Shown: positions 18,461 through 30,049 of the stretch, piece by piece
Layout: the number at the start of each line of letters is the position of its first letter
How positions within the stretch are numbered: the stretch's first letter is position 1
Source: an uncultured Christensenella sp.
Lineage (GTDB): Bacteria > Bacillota > Clostridia > Christensenellales > UBA1242
DNA: 56,112 bases
Assembly (NCBI GenBank): GCA_964630515.1
Contig: CAZVVP010000003.1
Span: 1-56,112 of the forward strand
Direction: 5' to 3'
The notes under the pieces: generated by a model
Database searches by the model: none
Seen by the model: the letters and a program-made list of their open reading frames with translations, nothing else
What the model was told of the DNA's origin: nothing
Translations under genes and position numbers: made by a program

Positions 18461-19027
18461 ATGCTTGTTTTAGTAGGACTAGGAAATCCAGACAAAATTT
18501 ACGAAAAGACTTATCATAACATAGGCTTTATGGCAATTGATTATTTTGCTAAGCGTCATAGTATAGAATTTACAAAAAATAAATATAACGCAAAAGTTGC
18601 AGAAGCTATGATTAATGGCGAAAAAGTAATATTATTAAAGCCAACGACTTACATGAACTTAAGCGGAAATAGCGTAAGTGCTATTATTAATCAATTGAAA
18701 CTTCCTCTAGATAACTTATGTATAATTTATGATGACATAGATTTAGAAGTTGGAAGTCTTAGGTTAAGAACTTCAGGAAGTGCAGGAACACATAACGGAA
18801 TGAGAGACATTATAAACAAGTTAAGTTCAAAGGATTTCTTAAGACTAAGAGTAGGTATTGGACGACCTGAAAAAATGTCTTTAATTGATTATGTTTTGTC
18901 AAAAATATCTAAGGATAGAGAATCTATATTTAATAAAGTTTTTGAAGAAGTTGCAAATGTTCTTGATGAATTTATAATAAAAAAAGGAAAAATAGAATCA
19001 AAAAGCATTTCAGTACAAAATGATTAA
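18461..19027 (+). CDS. pth: peptidyl-tRNA hydrolase
   Basis: GLGNPD..Y..TYHNIGF, GTHNGMRDI and RLRVGIGRP motifs; SD aaggag. Confidence 0.95.
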   Translation: MLVLVGLGNPDKIYEKTYHNIGFMAIDYFAKRHSIEFTKNKYNAKVAEAMINGEKVILLKPTTYMNLSGNSVSAIINQLKLPLDNLCIIYDDIDLEVGSLRLRTSGSAGTHNGMRDIINKLSSKDFLRLRVGIGRPEKMSLIDYVLSKISKDRESIFNKVFEEVANVLDEFIIKKGKIESKSISVQND

Positions 19028-22000
19028 ACAAATTATTGATAGAAATAGCAATTTAAGAATATTCTTTGACGCAGTTGAAAATAATAAAAAAATCAGCCTA
19101 CTAAACTGCGGAGAAGGAGAAATGATACAGTTATTGGATGAAATTAATCATCCAAAACTTTTTGTTGTCCCTAATAAAGATGAAGCTAACAAATTTGCTG
19201 AAAAGTTTAAATTACTCAATTTTAAAGTCAATGTATGTACAGATATCCCTGATTTATTCCTTTCCGATTACTCCGTTGGTGAAAATGAGTATCTTAATTT
19301 TTTAACAAACCTAAATAATTCTGAAATCGATATTCATATAATAACACCAAATGTTATAATGCTTCCTCTTCCTAAGACAATTATTAATTCAACATTCAAT
19401 ATTTCAGAAGGTGATGATATATCGATAGATGAGTTAGTAAAAAAACTTTCTTCTTTTGGCTATAAGAAAGTTGAATCTATTAGTTGTTCTGGAGAAATTG
19501 TTACGCGGGGAGAAATTGTTGATATTGTCAAGTTTGGAACAAATGATGGTGTAAGAATTACTTTTGACTATGATACTATATCGAAAATTCAAATCTTAGA
19601 TGATAGTTATATTCAAGTAAAAGAAAATATTAATAGCATTTCTTTTGGACAAACTAAGTATTTGTCAATTAATCTAGATGCTACTAATTCTATTATTGCC
19701 AAATCCAAAAATGCTGAAATAAAAAAATTATTTGATAATTATTTAGAATTTAATAGTAACTATAATAATTTGTGGTTTTTACCTTTTTCTGAAGAAGAAT
19801 TAGTTAGTTTATACAGTGTTGTGTCTATTGATACTATTATTGCATTCTCAGACATTAAGCAAGTTTGGGACTCTGCAGAAAATTATATCAAAGAATATGA
19901 CCAAAAAATTAAAAATGGAAAGGAAAACAATTTATTACTAAGAAATCATACCAATCCTTTAAGATTAGAAAATTTAACACTTAAAGATGTCAAAAATACT
20001 TGTCTTGGTTTTCAGTTTATTAATAATGCTAATAGAATATTTACACCGAACAGTGTATTTTCTTTCAAGTGTATGCCTAACATACATTATGGAGAAAATT
20101 ACAAATCATTAGTAATAGATTTAATTAACTACAATAAACAAGGCTTTACAACTATTGTTTTTGTAGATGAAATTAATTATAATCAGTGCATTTCAAGACT
20201 AAGAGGAAATGTTAATTTTGTTGAGTGTAAAAATATTTTTAGCATACAAAAACAAAATATTAATATTATTAAAAAAGAATTCCTTAATTCTTTTAATTTT
20301 TTTGAGGAAAAAATAGCTTGTATTGGCAGTAATTGTATAGGAAAAACAGTTTATAAAGTGAAAGAGAAAGTAGACCTATCATCTACTGATATTTTGACAG
20401 AAATTGAATTGCCTAAAGCAAATGATTATGTTGTACACAAAATACATGGAATAGGAAAGTGTTTAGGTATTCAAAATCTTACTCTTTCTAAAGATTTAAA
20501 GAAAGACTATATAGTAATTGAGTACAAAAACGAAGATAAACTATATTTACCAATTGAAAATGTTGATAGTATAACAAAGTATATTGCAGATACAGAAACA
20601 CCAACTTTGAACAAGCTTGGCGGAACCGAATTTAGAAAAGTAAAAGACAAAATTAAATCTTCCGTTAAAGATATAGCAGAAAATCTTATTAAAATTTATA
20701 AGGAAAGAGAAGAATCTAAAGGCTTTAAATTTCCTCACGATGATGATATACAATCACAATTTGAAAACGATTTTCCTTATCCATTAACGTTTGACCAACA
20801 ACAAACAATTGAAACCATAAAAGAAGAGATGGTCTCTGGCAAATTGATTGATAGATTAATCTGCGGTGATGTTGGCTTTGGAAAAACTGAAGTAGCCATG
20901 AGAATAGCATTTAAAACTCTTCTTGCAGGTAAAAATGTCGCTGTATTGTGCCCAACTACAATACTTAGCGAACAGCACTACACAACATTCTCAAATAGAA
21001 TGGAAAAGTATGGAATTAATATTAATGTTTTGAATCGTTTTAAAACAACAGCAGAAACAAAAAAGATTATTGAAGATATTAATCATGGCAAAATTAATTT
21101 AATTATAGGTACTCATAAATTACTTAATGATAAAATTCAATTTAAGAATCTAGGACTATTAATTATTGATGAAGAACAGAAATTTGGTGTTGAACATAAA
21201 GAAAAGATAAAAAATTTAAAAAAGCAAGTGAATGTTTTAACATTAAGTGCAACACCTATTCCTAGAACTTTACATTTGTCATTAAGCGGAATTAGAGATA
21301 TATCAACTATCCAAACTCCACCATCTAACAAAATTACAACTCAAGTAAGTGTTATGGAATATAACGATTTTACAATAAAGCTTGCGGTTGAAAAAGAAAT
21401 AGATAGAGGCGGACAAGTATTAATAATTTATAACAAGGTTGAAACAATTGACCAAATTTCGAAACATTTTTCTAAATTGCTAGACAACAAATATATTATT
21501 GATACAGCTCATGGTCAAATGAGTTCAAATATCTTAGAAGATAAAATAATGCAACTCTATAATGGAAAAACCCAAATTTTAGTATCAACAACTTTGATTG
21601 AAAACGGGGTGGATTTGCCCAATGCAAATACGCTAATTATACTAGAATCTAACAAATTAGGCTTATCTCAATTGTATCAATTAAAGGGTAGAGTAGGTAG
21701 AGGCTCTAGAGAATCTTATGCGTATTTTATGTATTCAGGAAGTTTGACAGATATTGCTTACAAAAGATTAAAAGCAATAAGTGAATTTACTTCAATGGGT
21801 AGTGGTTTTAAGATTTCTATGAGGGATATGGAATTAAGGGGAGCTGGTAATATTTTTGGAGCGCAACAACATGGGCATTTAGACAAAATCGGATATTCCA
21901 TGTATATGTCAATTTTAAACAGTTCAATTGAAGAAATAAAAAATAAGGTGAACACTAATAAACTTTATCAAGAAATTAGAATTGAGACCGATATGCCTAC

Positions 22001-22376
22001 TAACATTCCTAACTCTTCAGTGTTTAATACTAACCAAAAAATGTCACTATACAGTAGAATTGCACAGATAGACACTGCAGAAAAATATAATGACATCATG
22101 TCAAAAATCAATGATATTTGTAATGAAATACCTAAATCTTTAGAAAATTTATGTAAATTCTCATTAATAAAGAATAAACTTTACAAATACAAAGCAACAA
22201 AGTTAATTGTTAAAAATTCAGATTTTAGAATAATTTTTGATAAAAATGTAAATATCGAACATTTATCTAATCTTATTAACAAAAATAATTCTTTAGATTT
22301 AGATGGAAATGTTTCGTTAGTGATTAGACAAATTGACAAAAACAAAATATTAGATTATTTGATATCCATATTATAG
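19020..22376 (+). CDS. mfd: transcription-repair coupling factor Mfd
   Basis: 1118 aa. CarD-like region VHKIHGIG, FPYPLTFDQ, Walker A GDVGFGKTEVA, DEEQKFG, LSATPIPRT, GRVGRG. Overlaps the pth stop; conserved pth-mfd order. Confidence 0.95.
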   Translation: MIKQIIDRNSNLRIFFDAVENNKKISLLNCGEGEMIQLLDEINHPKLFVVPNKDEANKFAEKFKLLNFKVNVCTDIPDLFLSDYSVGENEYLNFLTNLNNSEIDIHIITPNVIMLPLPKTIINSTFNISEGDDISIDELVKKLSSFGYKKVESISCSGEIVTRGEIVDIVKFGTNDGVRITFDYDTISKIQILDDSYIQVKENINSISFGQTKYLSINLDATNSIIAKSKNAEIKKLFDNYLEFNSNYNNLWFLPFSEEELVSLYSVVSIDTIIAFSDIKQVWDSAENYIKEYDQKIKNGKENNLLLRNHTNPLRLENLTLKDVKNTCLGFQFINNANRIFTPNSVFSFKCMPNIHYGENYKSLVIDLINYNKQGFTTIVFVDEINYNQCISRLRGNVNFVECKNIFSIQKQNINIIKKEFLNSFNFFEEKIACIGSNCIGKTVYKVKEKVDLSSTDILTEIELPKANDYVVHKIHGIGKCLGIQNLTLSKDLKKDYIVIEYKNEDKLYLPIENVDSITKYIADTETPTLNKLGGTEFRKVKDKIKSSVKDIAENLIKIYKEREESKGFKFPHDDDIQSQFENDFPYPLTFDQQQTIETIKEEMVSGKLIDRLICGDVGFGKTEVAMRIAFKTLLAGKNVAVLCPTTILSEQHYTTFSNRMEKYGININVLNRFKTTAETKKIIEDINHGKINLIIGTHKLLNDKIQFKNLGLLIIDEEQKFGVEHKEKIKNLKKQVNVLTLSATPIPRTLHLSLSGIRDISTIQTPPSNKITTQVSVMEYNDFTIKLAVEKEIDRGGQVLIIYNKVETIDQISKHFSKLLDNKYIIDTAHGQMSSNILEDKIMQLYNGKTQILVSTTLIENGVDLPNANTLIILESNKLGLSQLYQLKGRVGRGSRESYAYFMYSGSLTDIAYKRLKAISEFTSMGSGFKISMRDMELRGAGNIFGAQQHGHLDKIGYSMYMSILNSSIEEIKNKVNTNKLYQEIRIETDMPTNIPNSSVFNTNQKMSLYSRIAQIDTAEKYNDIMSKINDICNEIPKSLENLCKFSLIKNKLYKYKATKLIVKNSDFRIIFDKNVNIEHLSNLINKNNSLDLDGNVSLVIRQIDKNKILDYLISIL

Positions 22377-22510
22377 CGTATAAATTTATAAAAAAATGGT
22401 TAATATCCCATTATATTAGTTGCTAAATTTTTTTAAATTATATATACTATCTAAGTTAGACAAAGATGTTGAAAACATCATAATATATAACACAATTAAA
22501 AGGAAAAAAT

Positions 22511-24331
22511 ATGAAACACATTAAAAAATTTCTATCAATGCTAGTTTTTGTTGCAATTTTTGTAGCTTCCATGTTTTCAATGACTGCTTGTAACTTGATT
22601 GTCACTGATGTTACTGCTTACTATGAACAAGTCGTAGCTACTTTTGAATTTGAGAACAAAACAATCAATGTAAAGATGTCAGACCTTAATAATACTTTCA
22701 AAAATTATGGTTATTCTAGATATAAGCAAGGATATTATTCTTCATTGGAAGAGTGTATTAAGGATTCTTTGGACTATTATATTCAAAAAACTTTACTTAT
22801 TAATCATATAGCTGTGTCTTTGCAAGAAATTTACGAAGATACTAACAATGAGTTATATAATTTGTCATTTGTTGATTTTGAGAACTTTGATTGGGAAACC
22901 ACATTAGAAAATATCTATGAAAGTGATACTGCTAATGCTAAAGAGATAAGATATAACGCTTTCACTTCTATGCAAGAAACAGTTGATGGTTTTGTAGAGG
23001 ATATATTGGAAGAAGACGATAAGTTAGCAGAAATAGAAACTGATCAAGAAGAAACTCTTAGAGATACTAAAGAAGAATATGAATCTGCTCTTGTTGTTTA
23101 CGAAGAAGATATTTTTGATGATGATGGCAAATATTTAGATACAGTAACTAAAGTAAAATATAATATCGAAGAATTAGAACTATTTAATAAGTCAAATGTT
23201 AGCAAACACTTTGAACTAGTAAATAATTATAGTCAAGATTTGACAGCAAAAGGTTATAATAAATATATAAACTATCTACAACAAACTGCTAAATCAGAAG
23301 AAAGAAGTACTAAGATAGAAGATGTTATCGCTTTTGAAGAAAAGGCCAACATTAAGGCGGAATTTGAAAACCAACTTTTGAAATTGTATGAATATTGGTA
23401 TCAAACAAATCAAGAAGTTCCAACAGAAAAGATTGTTGAGTATTACAAAAACCAATATAATAGCCAAAAGAAAGAGTTTGAAGATAATATCAATGCCTAT
23501 AGAACTGCGATGAATGATTATACTAGTAATTATGTTTACTATAACAATAATTCTGGGCAAGAGTATGTTGTTGTTAATCATATCTTGATTAACTTCTCTG
23601 CCGAACAGAAAGCTGAATTGGAGAAGCTAGAAGCAGATTATGAAAGAGACAAGACTAGTTTTGCTAATGACACAGATGCCTTAGAGGCTTTAGAAAAAAA
23701 ATATGAAAAAGACAGAATAAATGTTATTGTGACTACTAAATCAGTTTATGAAGTAGATGGAGTACAGAAAGAAGATTATATCGGCAATATAATTAACGAT
23801 ATCAAAACTTATGTTTCTACAAATAACATCAAATCAAATGAAATCATAAGCGAAAAAGAGTTGTTAACTAAGAAAGCTAAGAATTTTGAAGATATGATGT
23901 ATATTTATAATGACGATAGTGGAAATATGAACTCAGATTTTTATTATGCTATTAATGTAAATGAAGGCGTTGATTCTCAATATGTTACAGAATTTACTGA
24001 CGGTGGAATTGATTTATATAAAAACTATCAACCAGGTGATGTATTAACTTATCCAGTAATTAGTACTTATGGAATCCATATTATGTTCTATTCTGGTGTT
24101 GCTGGAAACATTATAGAATCTATCGATTCATTAACAGCAGAAATGTTACTTACAAACACAGTAAATCCTGCTAGTGACAAAACTATTTTCGAATATGTTT
24201 ATGATACTGTAGAATCAGATTCTGCCCTAGTTGACAATTATAATAATTATGTAAATAGTTTATTAGCACAAATGTATAATTCTGCTAATATTATAACTGA
24301 TGAATACAAATATAACGATCTATGGAGTTAA
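22511..24331 (+). CDS. PrsA/SurA-like parvulin-type peptidyl-prolyl isomerase lipoprotein
   Basis: Lipobox SMTAC. Parvulin hallmarks VVVNHILINF ... DDSGN ... TYGIHIMFY. Usual position downstream of mfd in Firmicutes. Confidence 0.7.
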   Translation: MKHIKKFLSMLVFVAIFVASMFSMTACNLIVTDVTAYYEQVVATFEFENKTINVKMSDLNNTFKNYGYSRYKQGYYSSLEECIKDSLDYYIQKTLLINHIAVSLQEIYEDTNNELYNLSFVDFENFDWETTLENIYESDTANAKEIRYNAFTSMQETVDGFVEDILEEDDKLAEIETDQEETLRDTKEEYESALVVYEEDIFDDDGKYLDTVTKVKYNIEELELFNKSNVSKHFELVNNYSQDLTAKGYNKYINYLQQTAKSEERSTKIEDVIAFEEKANIKAEFENQLLKLYEYWYQTNQEVPTEKIVEYYKNQYNSQKKEFEDNINAYRTAMNDYTSNYVYYNNNSGQEYVVVNHILINFSAEQKAELEKLEADYERDKTSFANDTDALEALEKKYEKDRINVIVTTKSVYEVDGVQKEDYIGNIINDIKTYVSTNNIKSNEIISEKELLTKKAKNFEDMMYIYNDDSGNMNSDFYYAINVNEGVDSQYVTEFTDGGIDLYKNYQPGDVLTYPVISTYGIHIMFYSGVAGNIIESIDSLTAEMLLTNTVNPASDKTIFEYVYDTVESDSALVDNYNNYVNSLLAQMYNSANIITDEYKYNDLWS

Positions 24332-24337
24332 TAATTA

Positions 24338-24375
24338 AGTCAAACAAATGTACGATATTTGTTTGACTTTTTTTT
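24338..24375 (+). terminator. rho-independent terminator
   Basis: 12-bp stem agtcaaacaaat / atttgtttgact, 7-nt loop, T8 run. Confidence 0.85.
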
Positions 24376-24418
24376 AAAATTCTTATATCATTTTAATAGT
24401 TAAATCATGTGAGGACTT

Positions 24419-24913
24419 ATGATAATATTAGGAATCGACCCAGGAATAGCAATAGTAGGCTTTGGAGTAATTGAAAAGACTAAAAACGATATTAAAGTCA
24501 TTGACTATGGTGTAATTACAACTCACAAAGATACAAGAACACCAAAAAGGTTACAGCAAGTATATAGTGGCATAATGCAGTTGATTGATAAATACAAACC
24601 AGACGCAATTGCGTTAGAAGAATTATTTTTCAACAATAATGTAACTACTGCTATTACAGTAGCACAAGCAAGAGGGGTTTTGCTTATAGCCAGCGCTAAT
24701 TATACAGATAACTTATTTGAATATACACCACTTCAAATAAAACAGGCATTAACTGGCAACGGTAGGGCAGAAAAAAAACAGGTTCAATATATGGTCAAGG
24801 CTATTCTTAATTTAAACTCAATTCCTAAACCAGATGATGCAGCAGATGCATTAGCGGTCGCTTTAACACACGCACAAACAAATACTTTCTTAAGTCAAAC
24901 ACAAATAAGGTAG
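24419..24913 (+). CDS. ruvC: crossover junction endodeoxyribonuclease RuvC
   Basis: ILGIDPG, ALEELFF and DAADALAVAL catalytic acidic motifs; SD gaggac. Confidence 0.93.
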   Translation: MIILGIDPGIAIVGFGVIEKTKNDIKVIDYGVITTHKDTRTPKRLQQVYSGIMQLIDKYKPDAIALEELFFNNNVTTAITVAQARGVLLIASANYTDNLFEYTPLQIKQALTGNGRAEKKQVQYMVKAILNLNSIPKPDDAADALAVALTHAQTNTFLSQTQIR

Positions 24914-24919
24914 GATATT

Positions 24920-25519
24920 ATGTATTCATTTATAACAGGAACAATCGAAGAAAAACAGGAAAATTTAATTGTTATCAATAATAACGGCATTGGTTATGAA
25001 ATCTTTGCTTCAACAATGACAGTTAATAAGGTCGCACCAGTAGGTGAAGAGGCAAAAATTTATACATATTTACATGTAAGAGAAGATGCTATGCAGTTAT
25101 TTGGTTTTAGCAATAAACAAGAAAAAGATGTGTTTCTTTCTTTGATTTCTGTATCAGGGATTGGTGCAAAGACCGCAATCCAAATGTTATCATATATTTC
25201 AGCACCAGAGCTTGTTAACGCGATAATCTTTGGTGATGTTAAACTTATCGCTTCAATCAAAGGAATAGGAAAAAAGACAGCTGAAAGAATATTGTTGGAA
25301 TTAAAGAACAATATCAATCAGCTAAATGGTATTACATTGGAAAATTATGGAGACTTCCCTGATAATAACCTTGATGAATCCGCAATAGATGAAGCAGTTA
25401 ATCTTCTTGTTAATATGGGATTAACAAAGATGGATGCAGTAAAGATAATTAAAAAAGTTGCTGAGCCTAATGACACTACAGAGATGATTATAACTAAAGC
25501 ATTAAGGAATATGGGATAA
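24920..25519 (+). CDS. ruvA: Holliday junction DNA helicase subunit RuvA
   Basis: OB N-terminus, HhH motifs [11 protein letters not shown] and [13 protein letters not shown]-terminal domain III. Confidence 0.93.
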   Translation: MYSFITGTIEEKQENLIVINNNGIGYEIFASTMTVNKVAPVGEEAKIYTYLHVREDAMQLFGFSNKQEKDVFLSLISVSGIGAKTAIQMLSYISAPELVNAIIFGDVKLIASIKGIGKKTAERILLELKNNINQLNGITLENYGDFPDNNLDESAIDEAVNLLVNMGLTKMDAVKIIKKVAEPNDTTEMIITKALRNMG

Positions 25520-25520
25520 T

Positions 25521-26573
25521 ATGGATTTTGATGAAAGAATTGTTACAAGCACCAAATATTTAGATGAACAAGAGGTCGAAAACACCTTAAGACCAGCAAT
25601 AATGGATGAATATGTTGGTCAAGACAAGATAAAAAATAACCTAAAAGTTTATATTGGTGCAGCTAAAAAAAGAGGGGAAGCTTTAGACCACGTGCTTTTG
25701 TATGGACCTGCAGGTTTAGGGAAAACAACTCTAAGTCATATTATAGCTAACGAATTGGGTTCGTCAATCAAAATTACAAGTGGACCTGCAATTGAAAAGG
25801 TTGCAGATTTGGCAAGTATCCTCACAAATCTTAACAAAAACGATGTATTGTTTATAGATGAAATACATAGACTTTCTAGAGCAGTGGAAGAAATATTGTA
25901 TCCAGCTATGGAAGACTATGCATTAGATTTTATTCTTGGTAAGGGACCAAGTGCAAGAACTATGAGGCTAAAATTACAGCCTTTTACTCTAATTGGTGCT
26001 ACCACAAAAGCAGGTATGCTTACAGGTCCTTTGAGAGACAGATTTGGAGTTGTATGTAGATTAGAATTATATTCTGAAGAAGAGCTATCAGCAATTATTT
26101 CTAGGTCTGCAAATATTTTAAAGATGGATATTGAGAAAGATGCTTGCATGGAACTGGCTAGAAGAAGTAGGGGAACTCCAAGAATTGCTAATAGATTTCT
26201 AAAAAGAGTTAGAGATTTTGCTGAAGTAAAAGAAGAAAAAACAATCACACTTGAAACTACCAAAGAAGCATTAGATAGACTAGAAGTAGATGAATTAGGT
26301 TTAGATTTTACAGATAGAAGAATTATGTTAACCCTAATTGATAAATTTAACGGAGGACCAGCAGGATTAGAAACTCTTGCAGCAGCAACAGGCGAAGATG
26401 CCAATACCATTGAAGATGTTTACGAACCATATCTTATTCAACTTGGTTTTATTGCAAGAACTCCAAGAGGAAGAGTTGCGTTACCTAATGCATATAAACA
26501 TTTTAATAAGAAAATATCAACTCAAAGGCAAAATTATTTAAAAATGTTTATTGAAAATGATGATGAAGAATAA
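25521..26573 (+). CDS. ruvB: Holliday junction DNA helicase RuvB
   Basis: AAA+ Walker [10 protein letters not shown], Walker [10 protein letters not shown], sensor GATT, C-terminal RTPRGR. Confidence 0.96.
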   Translation: MDFDERIVTSTKYLDEQEVENTLRPAIMDEYVGQDKIKNNLKVYIGAAKKRGEALDHVLLYGPAGLGKTTLSHIIANELGSSIKITSGPAIEKVADLASILTNLNKNDVLFIDEIHRLSRAVEEILYPAMEDYALDFILGKGPSARTMRLKLQPFTLIGATTKAGMLTGPLRDRFGVVCRLELYSEEELSAIISRSANILKMDIEKDACMELARRSRGTPRIANRFLKRVRDFAEVKEEKTITLETTKEALDRLEVDELGLDFTDRRIMLTLIDKFNGGPAGLETLAAATGEDANTIEDVYEPYLIQLGFIARTPRGRVALPNAYKHFNKKISTQRQNYLKMFIENDDEE

Positions 26574-26619
26574 AAAACTATTGTTTTTTGTTTCAAATAA
26601 TAGTAAAATAAAGATAATT

Positions 26620-26651
26620 AAGCACAATTGTTTTATTGTGCTTTAATTTTT
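26620..26651 (+). terminator. probable terminator after ruvB
   Basis: 9-bp stem aagcacaat / attgtgctt with 6-nt loop, then an interrupted T tract (ttaattttt). Confidence 0.5.
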
Positions 26652-26665
26652 GTAAAGGAAAACAT

Positions 26666-27703
26666 ATGGAAAAAGACATTTTTAACGTAGAAACTTATGA
26701 TTATTATTTACCTGAAGAACAAATAGCTCAGAGACCTATTGAAAAAAGAGATGAGTCTAAGTTGTTAGTATATAACAAAAACGACAATTCAATAGAGCAT
26801 AAACATTTTTATAATATAATCGATTATTTAAACAAAGATGATGTTTTAGTGTTAAACAACACCAAAGTTATTCCAGCTAGACTTTTTGGTGTAAAAGAAG
26901 AAACAGGTGCCAAGATTGAAATATTATTACTTAAACGCATTAATAATACTGACTGGGAAGTATTAATGAAACCCGGTAAAAGGGCAAAAAAAGGTACAAT
27001 AATTTCGTTTAATGACAAATTAAAACTAGAAGTTTTAGAAACTTTGGAAGATGGTAATAAAATAGTAAAATTTATTTTTGAAGGGGTATTTGAAACAATA
27101 CTAGACGAAATTGGCGAAATGCCTTTGCCTCATTATATTAAAGAAAAATTAACTAATAAGCAAAGATATCAAACTGTTTATGCCAAAGAACAGGGTAGTA
27201 GTGCCGCACCAACAGCCGGTTTACATTTCACAGAAGAGTTGCTTGAAAAAATCAAAAATAAAGGCGTAAAAATCGTTAATGTATTACTTCATGTGGGGCT
27301 TGGAACTTTTAGACCTGTCAGTGAAGATAATATCTTAAATCATAAGATGCACACAGAATATGTAGAAATTGCTGAAGAATCTGCAAAAATTATAAATGAA
27401 GCAAAAAGAAATGGTAAAAGAGTAATCGCAGTAGGAACGACCAGCATAAGAGCATTAGAATCATGCGCAAGTGATAATGGATTAGTTGAATCTACAAAAA
27501 AAGACACTAATATCTTTATATATCCAGGCTATAAGTTCAAAATTGTAGACGCAATTATAACAAATTTCCATTTGCCAAAAAGCACATTAATTATGCTTAT
27601 TTGTGCTTTCTGCGGAATAGACGAAACATTAAAATTTTACAAAAACGCTGTTGATGCAAAATATAGATTTTTCAGTTTTGGTGATGCGTGCTTTTTGTAT
27701 TAA
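26666..27703 (+). CDS. queA: S-adenosylmethionine:tRNA ribosyltransferase-isomerase QueA
   Basis: [43 protein letters not shown] 26666 with SD aaaggaaaa; the track start 26636 lies inside the terminator hairpin. Confidence 0.94.
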   Translation: MEKDIFNVETYDYYLPEEQIAQRPIEKRDESKLLVYNKNDNSIEHKHFYNIIDYLNKDDVLVLNNTKVIPARLFGVKEETGAKIEILLLKRINNTDWEVLMKPGKRAKKGTIISFNDKLKLEVLETLEDGNKIVKFIFEGVFETILDEIGEMPLPHYIKEKLTNKQRYQTVYAKEQGSSAAPTAGLHFTEELLEKIKNKGVKIVNVLLHVGLGTFRPVSEDNILNHKMHTEYVEIAEESAKIINEAKRNGKRVIAVGTTSIRALESCASDNGLVESTKKDTNIFIYPGYKFKIVDAIITNFHLPKSTLIMLICAFCGIDETLKFYKNAVDAKYRFFSFGDACFLY

Positions 27704-28834
<1,131 letters not shown>

Positions 28835-28855
28835 CATAATTTAACATTTATTTCT

Positions 28856-28884
28856 TTGTAAGTTTATATTATTTTTGATATAAT
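28856..28884 (+). promoter_or_regulatory. sigma-A type promoter for yajC
   Basis: TTGTAA, 17-nt spacer, TATAAT preceded by TGa (extended -10). Confidence 0.5.
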
Positions 28885-28916
28885 ATGACTAGACTTATAA
28901 TTAAAGGAGACTATAA

Positions 28917-29420
28917 ATGAATCTATTATTAAGCGAAACTGCTACAAGTTCTTGGTTGGTTTGGGTAATTCTTATCGTTGTAATGCTTGTTATGATAGTT
29001 CCTCAATATTTGAAAAGAAAGAAAGAAACTACCAAATTGCAAGAAACTCTTAATCAATTAAAAACTGGTGACAGCATAATTACATATTCTGGTGTTTTTG
29101 GCAAAATCATTAGCATGAGAGAAACTACAGTTGGTAAAGTTTTCGTAATTGAGACAGGTGATGACAAACACAAGTCTTATCAGGAAATCCACATAGATGC
29201 AATTATGGGTGTTGACACTAAAAGGGACATTATTCTTGATGCAGAAGGAAATGATATAACTTTTGCTGATGAAGACAATGCTAAAGAAGTAGAAATAGCT
29301 GAACCAGAAACTCTAGCTGAATCTAAAACTTCTGAAGAATTAGAAAAAGAAGTATTAGAAGAAACAGCTAAAGATACTGAACCTAAGAAAGCTAAAAAAG
29401 CTAAAAAAGCTAAAAAATAA
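28917..29420 (+). CDS. yajC: preprotein translocase subunit YajC with long acidic/lysine-rich C-terminal tail
   Basis: N-terminal TM plus PQYLKRKKE..L..GD.I.T.GG..G.I core; conserved queA-tgt-yajC order; SD aaaggaga. The tail ends in (AKK)3, encoded by 3 x gctaaaaaa (29391-29417). Confidence 0.85.
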   Translation: MNLLLSETATSSWLVWVILIVVMLVMIVPQYLKRKKETTKLQETLNQLKTGDSIITYSGVFGKIISMRETTVGKVFVIETGDDKHKSYQEIHIDAIMGVDTKRDIILDAEGNDITFADEDNAKEVEIAEPETLAESKTSEELEKEVLEETAKDTEPKKAKKAKKAKK

Positions 29421-29456
29421 GATGATAATCCAAAGATTATCATCTTTCTTTTTTTG
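29420..29456 (+). terminator. rho-independent terminator of yajC
   Basis: 11-bp stem agatgataatc / gattatcatct, loop caaa, T-rich tail. Confidence 0.8.
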
Positions 29457-29463
29457 TTTAAAT

Positions 29464-29488
29464 AAAAAAACTCAACTATGTAGTTGAG
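29464..29488 (-). terminator. rho-independent terminator of rpsT
   Basis: Stem ctcaacta / tagttgag, flanked by an A7 run on the + strand (a T-run on the - strand), directly after the rpsT stop. Confidence 0.7.
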
Positions 29489-29494
29489 TAATTA

Positions 29495-29887
29495 TTATTT
29501 TTCTTCTACTTTCTTAGTAGTCTTTCTAGTTCTCTTAACAGGTGCTTTTTCTTCTTTCTCAGCAACTTTTTCTACTTTAACTTCCTTTACTTCTTCTACA
29601 ACTGGTGTAGTAGTAGCAACTTCTTTCTTTAATTTGTCTAAAGCAGAAGAAAGTCTTGCAACCTTATTACTAGCATTGTTCTTATGAATAACACCTTTGC
29701 TTTGTGCAGCATCAATCTTACTGATAGTTTCTCTCAATAAGTTTTCTGCTAATTCAATGTCTTTAACAGTAAGAGCTTTCTTATACTTCTTGATTTGAGT
29801 TCTTAAAGAATTTCTAACCAATCTGTTTTCTTCTCTTTTTCTAGCAATTGTGTTAATTCTTTTCTTTGCAGATTTAATATTTGCCAC
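29495..29887 (-). CDS. rpsT: 30S ribosomal protein S20 with ~45-aa K/E/V-rich C-terminal extension
   Basis: MANIKSAKKRINTIARKREENRL... is the canonical bS20 N-terminus. GTG start with SD aaggag. 130 aa against the usual ~85-90. Confidence 0.92.
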   Translation of the reverse strand: MANIKSAKKRINTIARKREENRLVRNSLRTQIKKYKKALTVKDIELAENLLRETISKIDAAQSKGVIHKNNASNKVARLSSALDKLKKEVATTTPVVEEVKEVKVEKVAEKEEKAPVKRTRKTTKKVEEK

Positions 29888-29930
29888 GATTTTTCTCCTT
29901 ATTAATTATCATTTTCTGAAAATCTGAGTT

Positions 29931-29959
29931 ATTTTAACATATAAAATATTAAAAAGCAA
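29931..29959 (-). promoter_or_regulatory. sigma-A type promoter for rpsT
   Basis: On the - strand: TTGCTT, 17-nt spacer, TAAAAT preceded by TGt. Confidence 0.5.
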
Positions 29960-30049
29960 GATTATTTTGACAATTTATTAAATTTTGTAGTTTATTATTT
30001 AACTAACCTGTTAAAAATTATAAAAATCATATTTTTGTGGGGATAGAGA

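Noticed and set aside
25916-26410. 164-aa antisense ORF inside ruvB. Many similar antisense ORFs appear in the track, for example 899-1141, 2500-2688, 5000-5275, 8010-8279, 12334-12660, 17982-18302, 23294-23581, 30442-30771, 35346-35663 and 43495-43764.
   Set aside because: Each lies fully inside a confidently identified gene on the other strand. They have no SD and encode low-complexity S/L/I/F-rich peptides, which is typical of the reverse frame of AT-rich, K/E/N-rich genes.
26574-26665. Possible preQ1 riboswitch upstream of queA-tgt.
   Set aside because: The 92-nt gap is explained by the ruvB terminator hairpin plus the queA SD. No preQ1-type pseudoknot motif is evident. These riboswitches normally precede queCDEF or transporter genes, not queA/tgt.
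29484-29687. 67-aa + strand ORF opposite the rpsT tail, and the 87-aa - strand ORF (29180-29443) opposite the yajC tail.
   Set aside because: These are mirror images of the K/E-rich tails, hence the S/F/L-rich translations. They overlap terminator hairpins and have no SD.
30000-30049. Forespore sigma-F/G promoter upstream of gpr (CATATTT near 30030).
   Set aside because: The -10-like element is present, but the -35 position reads GTTAA rather than G-x-ATA. The match is too weak to report without comparative or TSS data.
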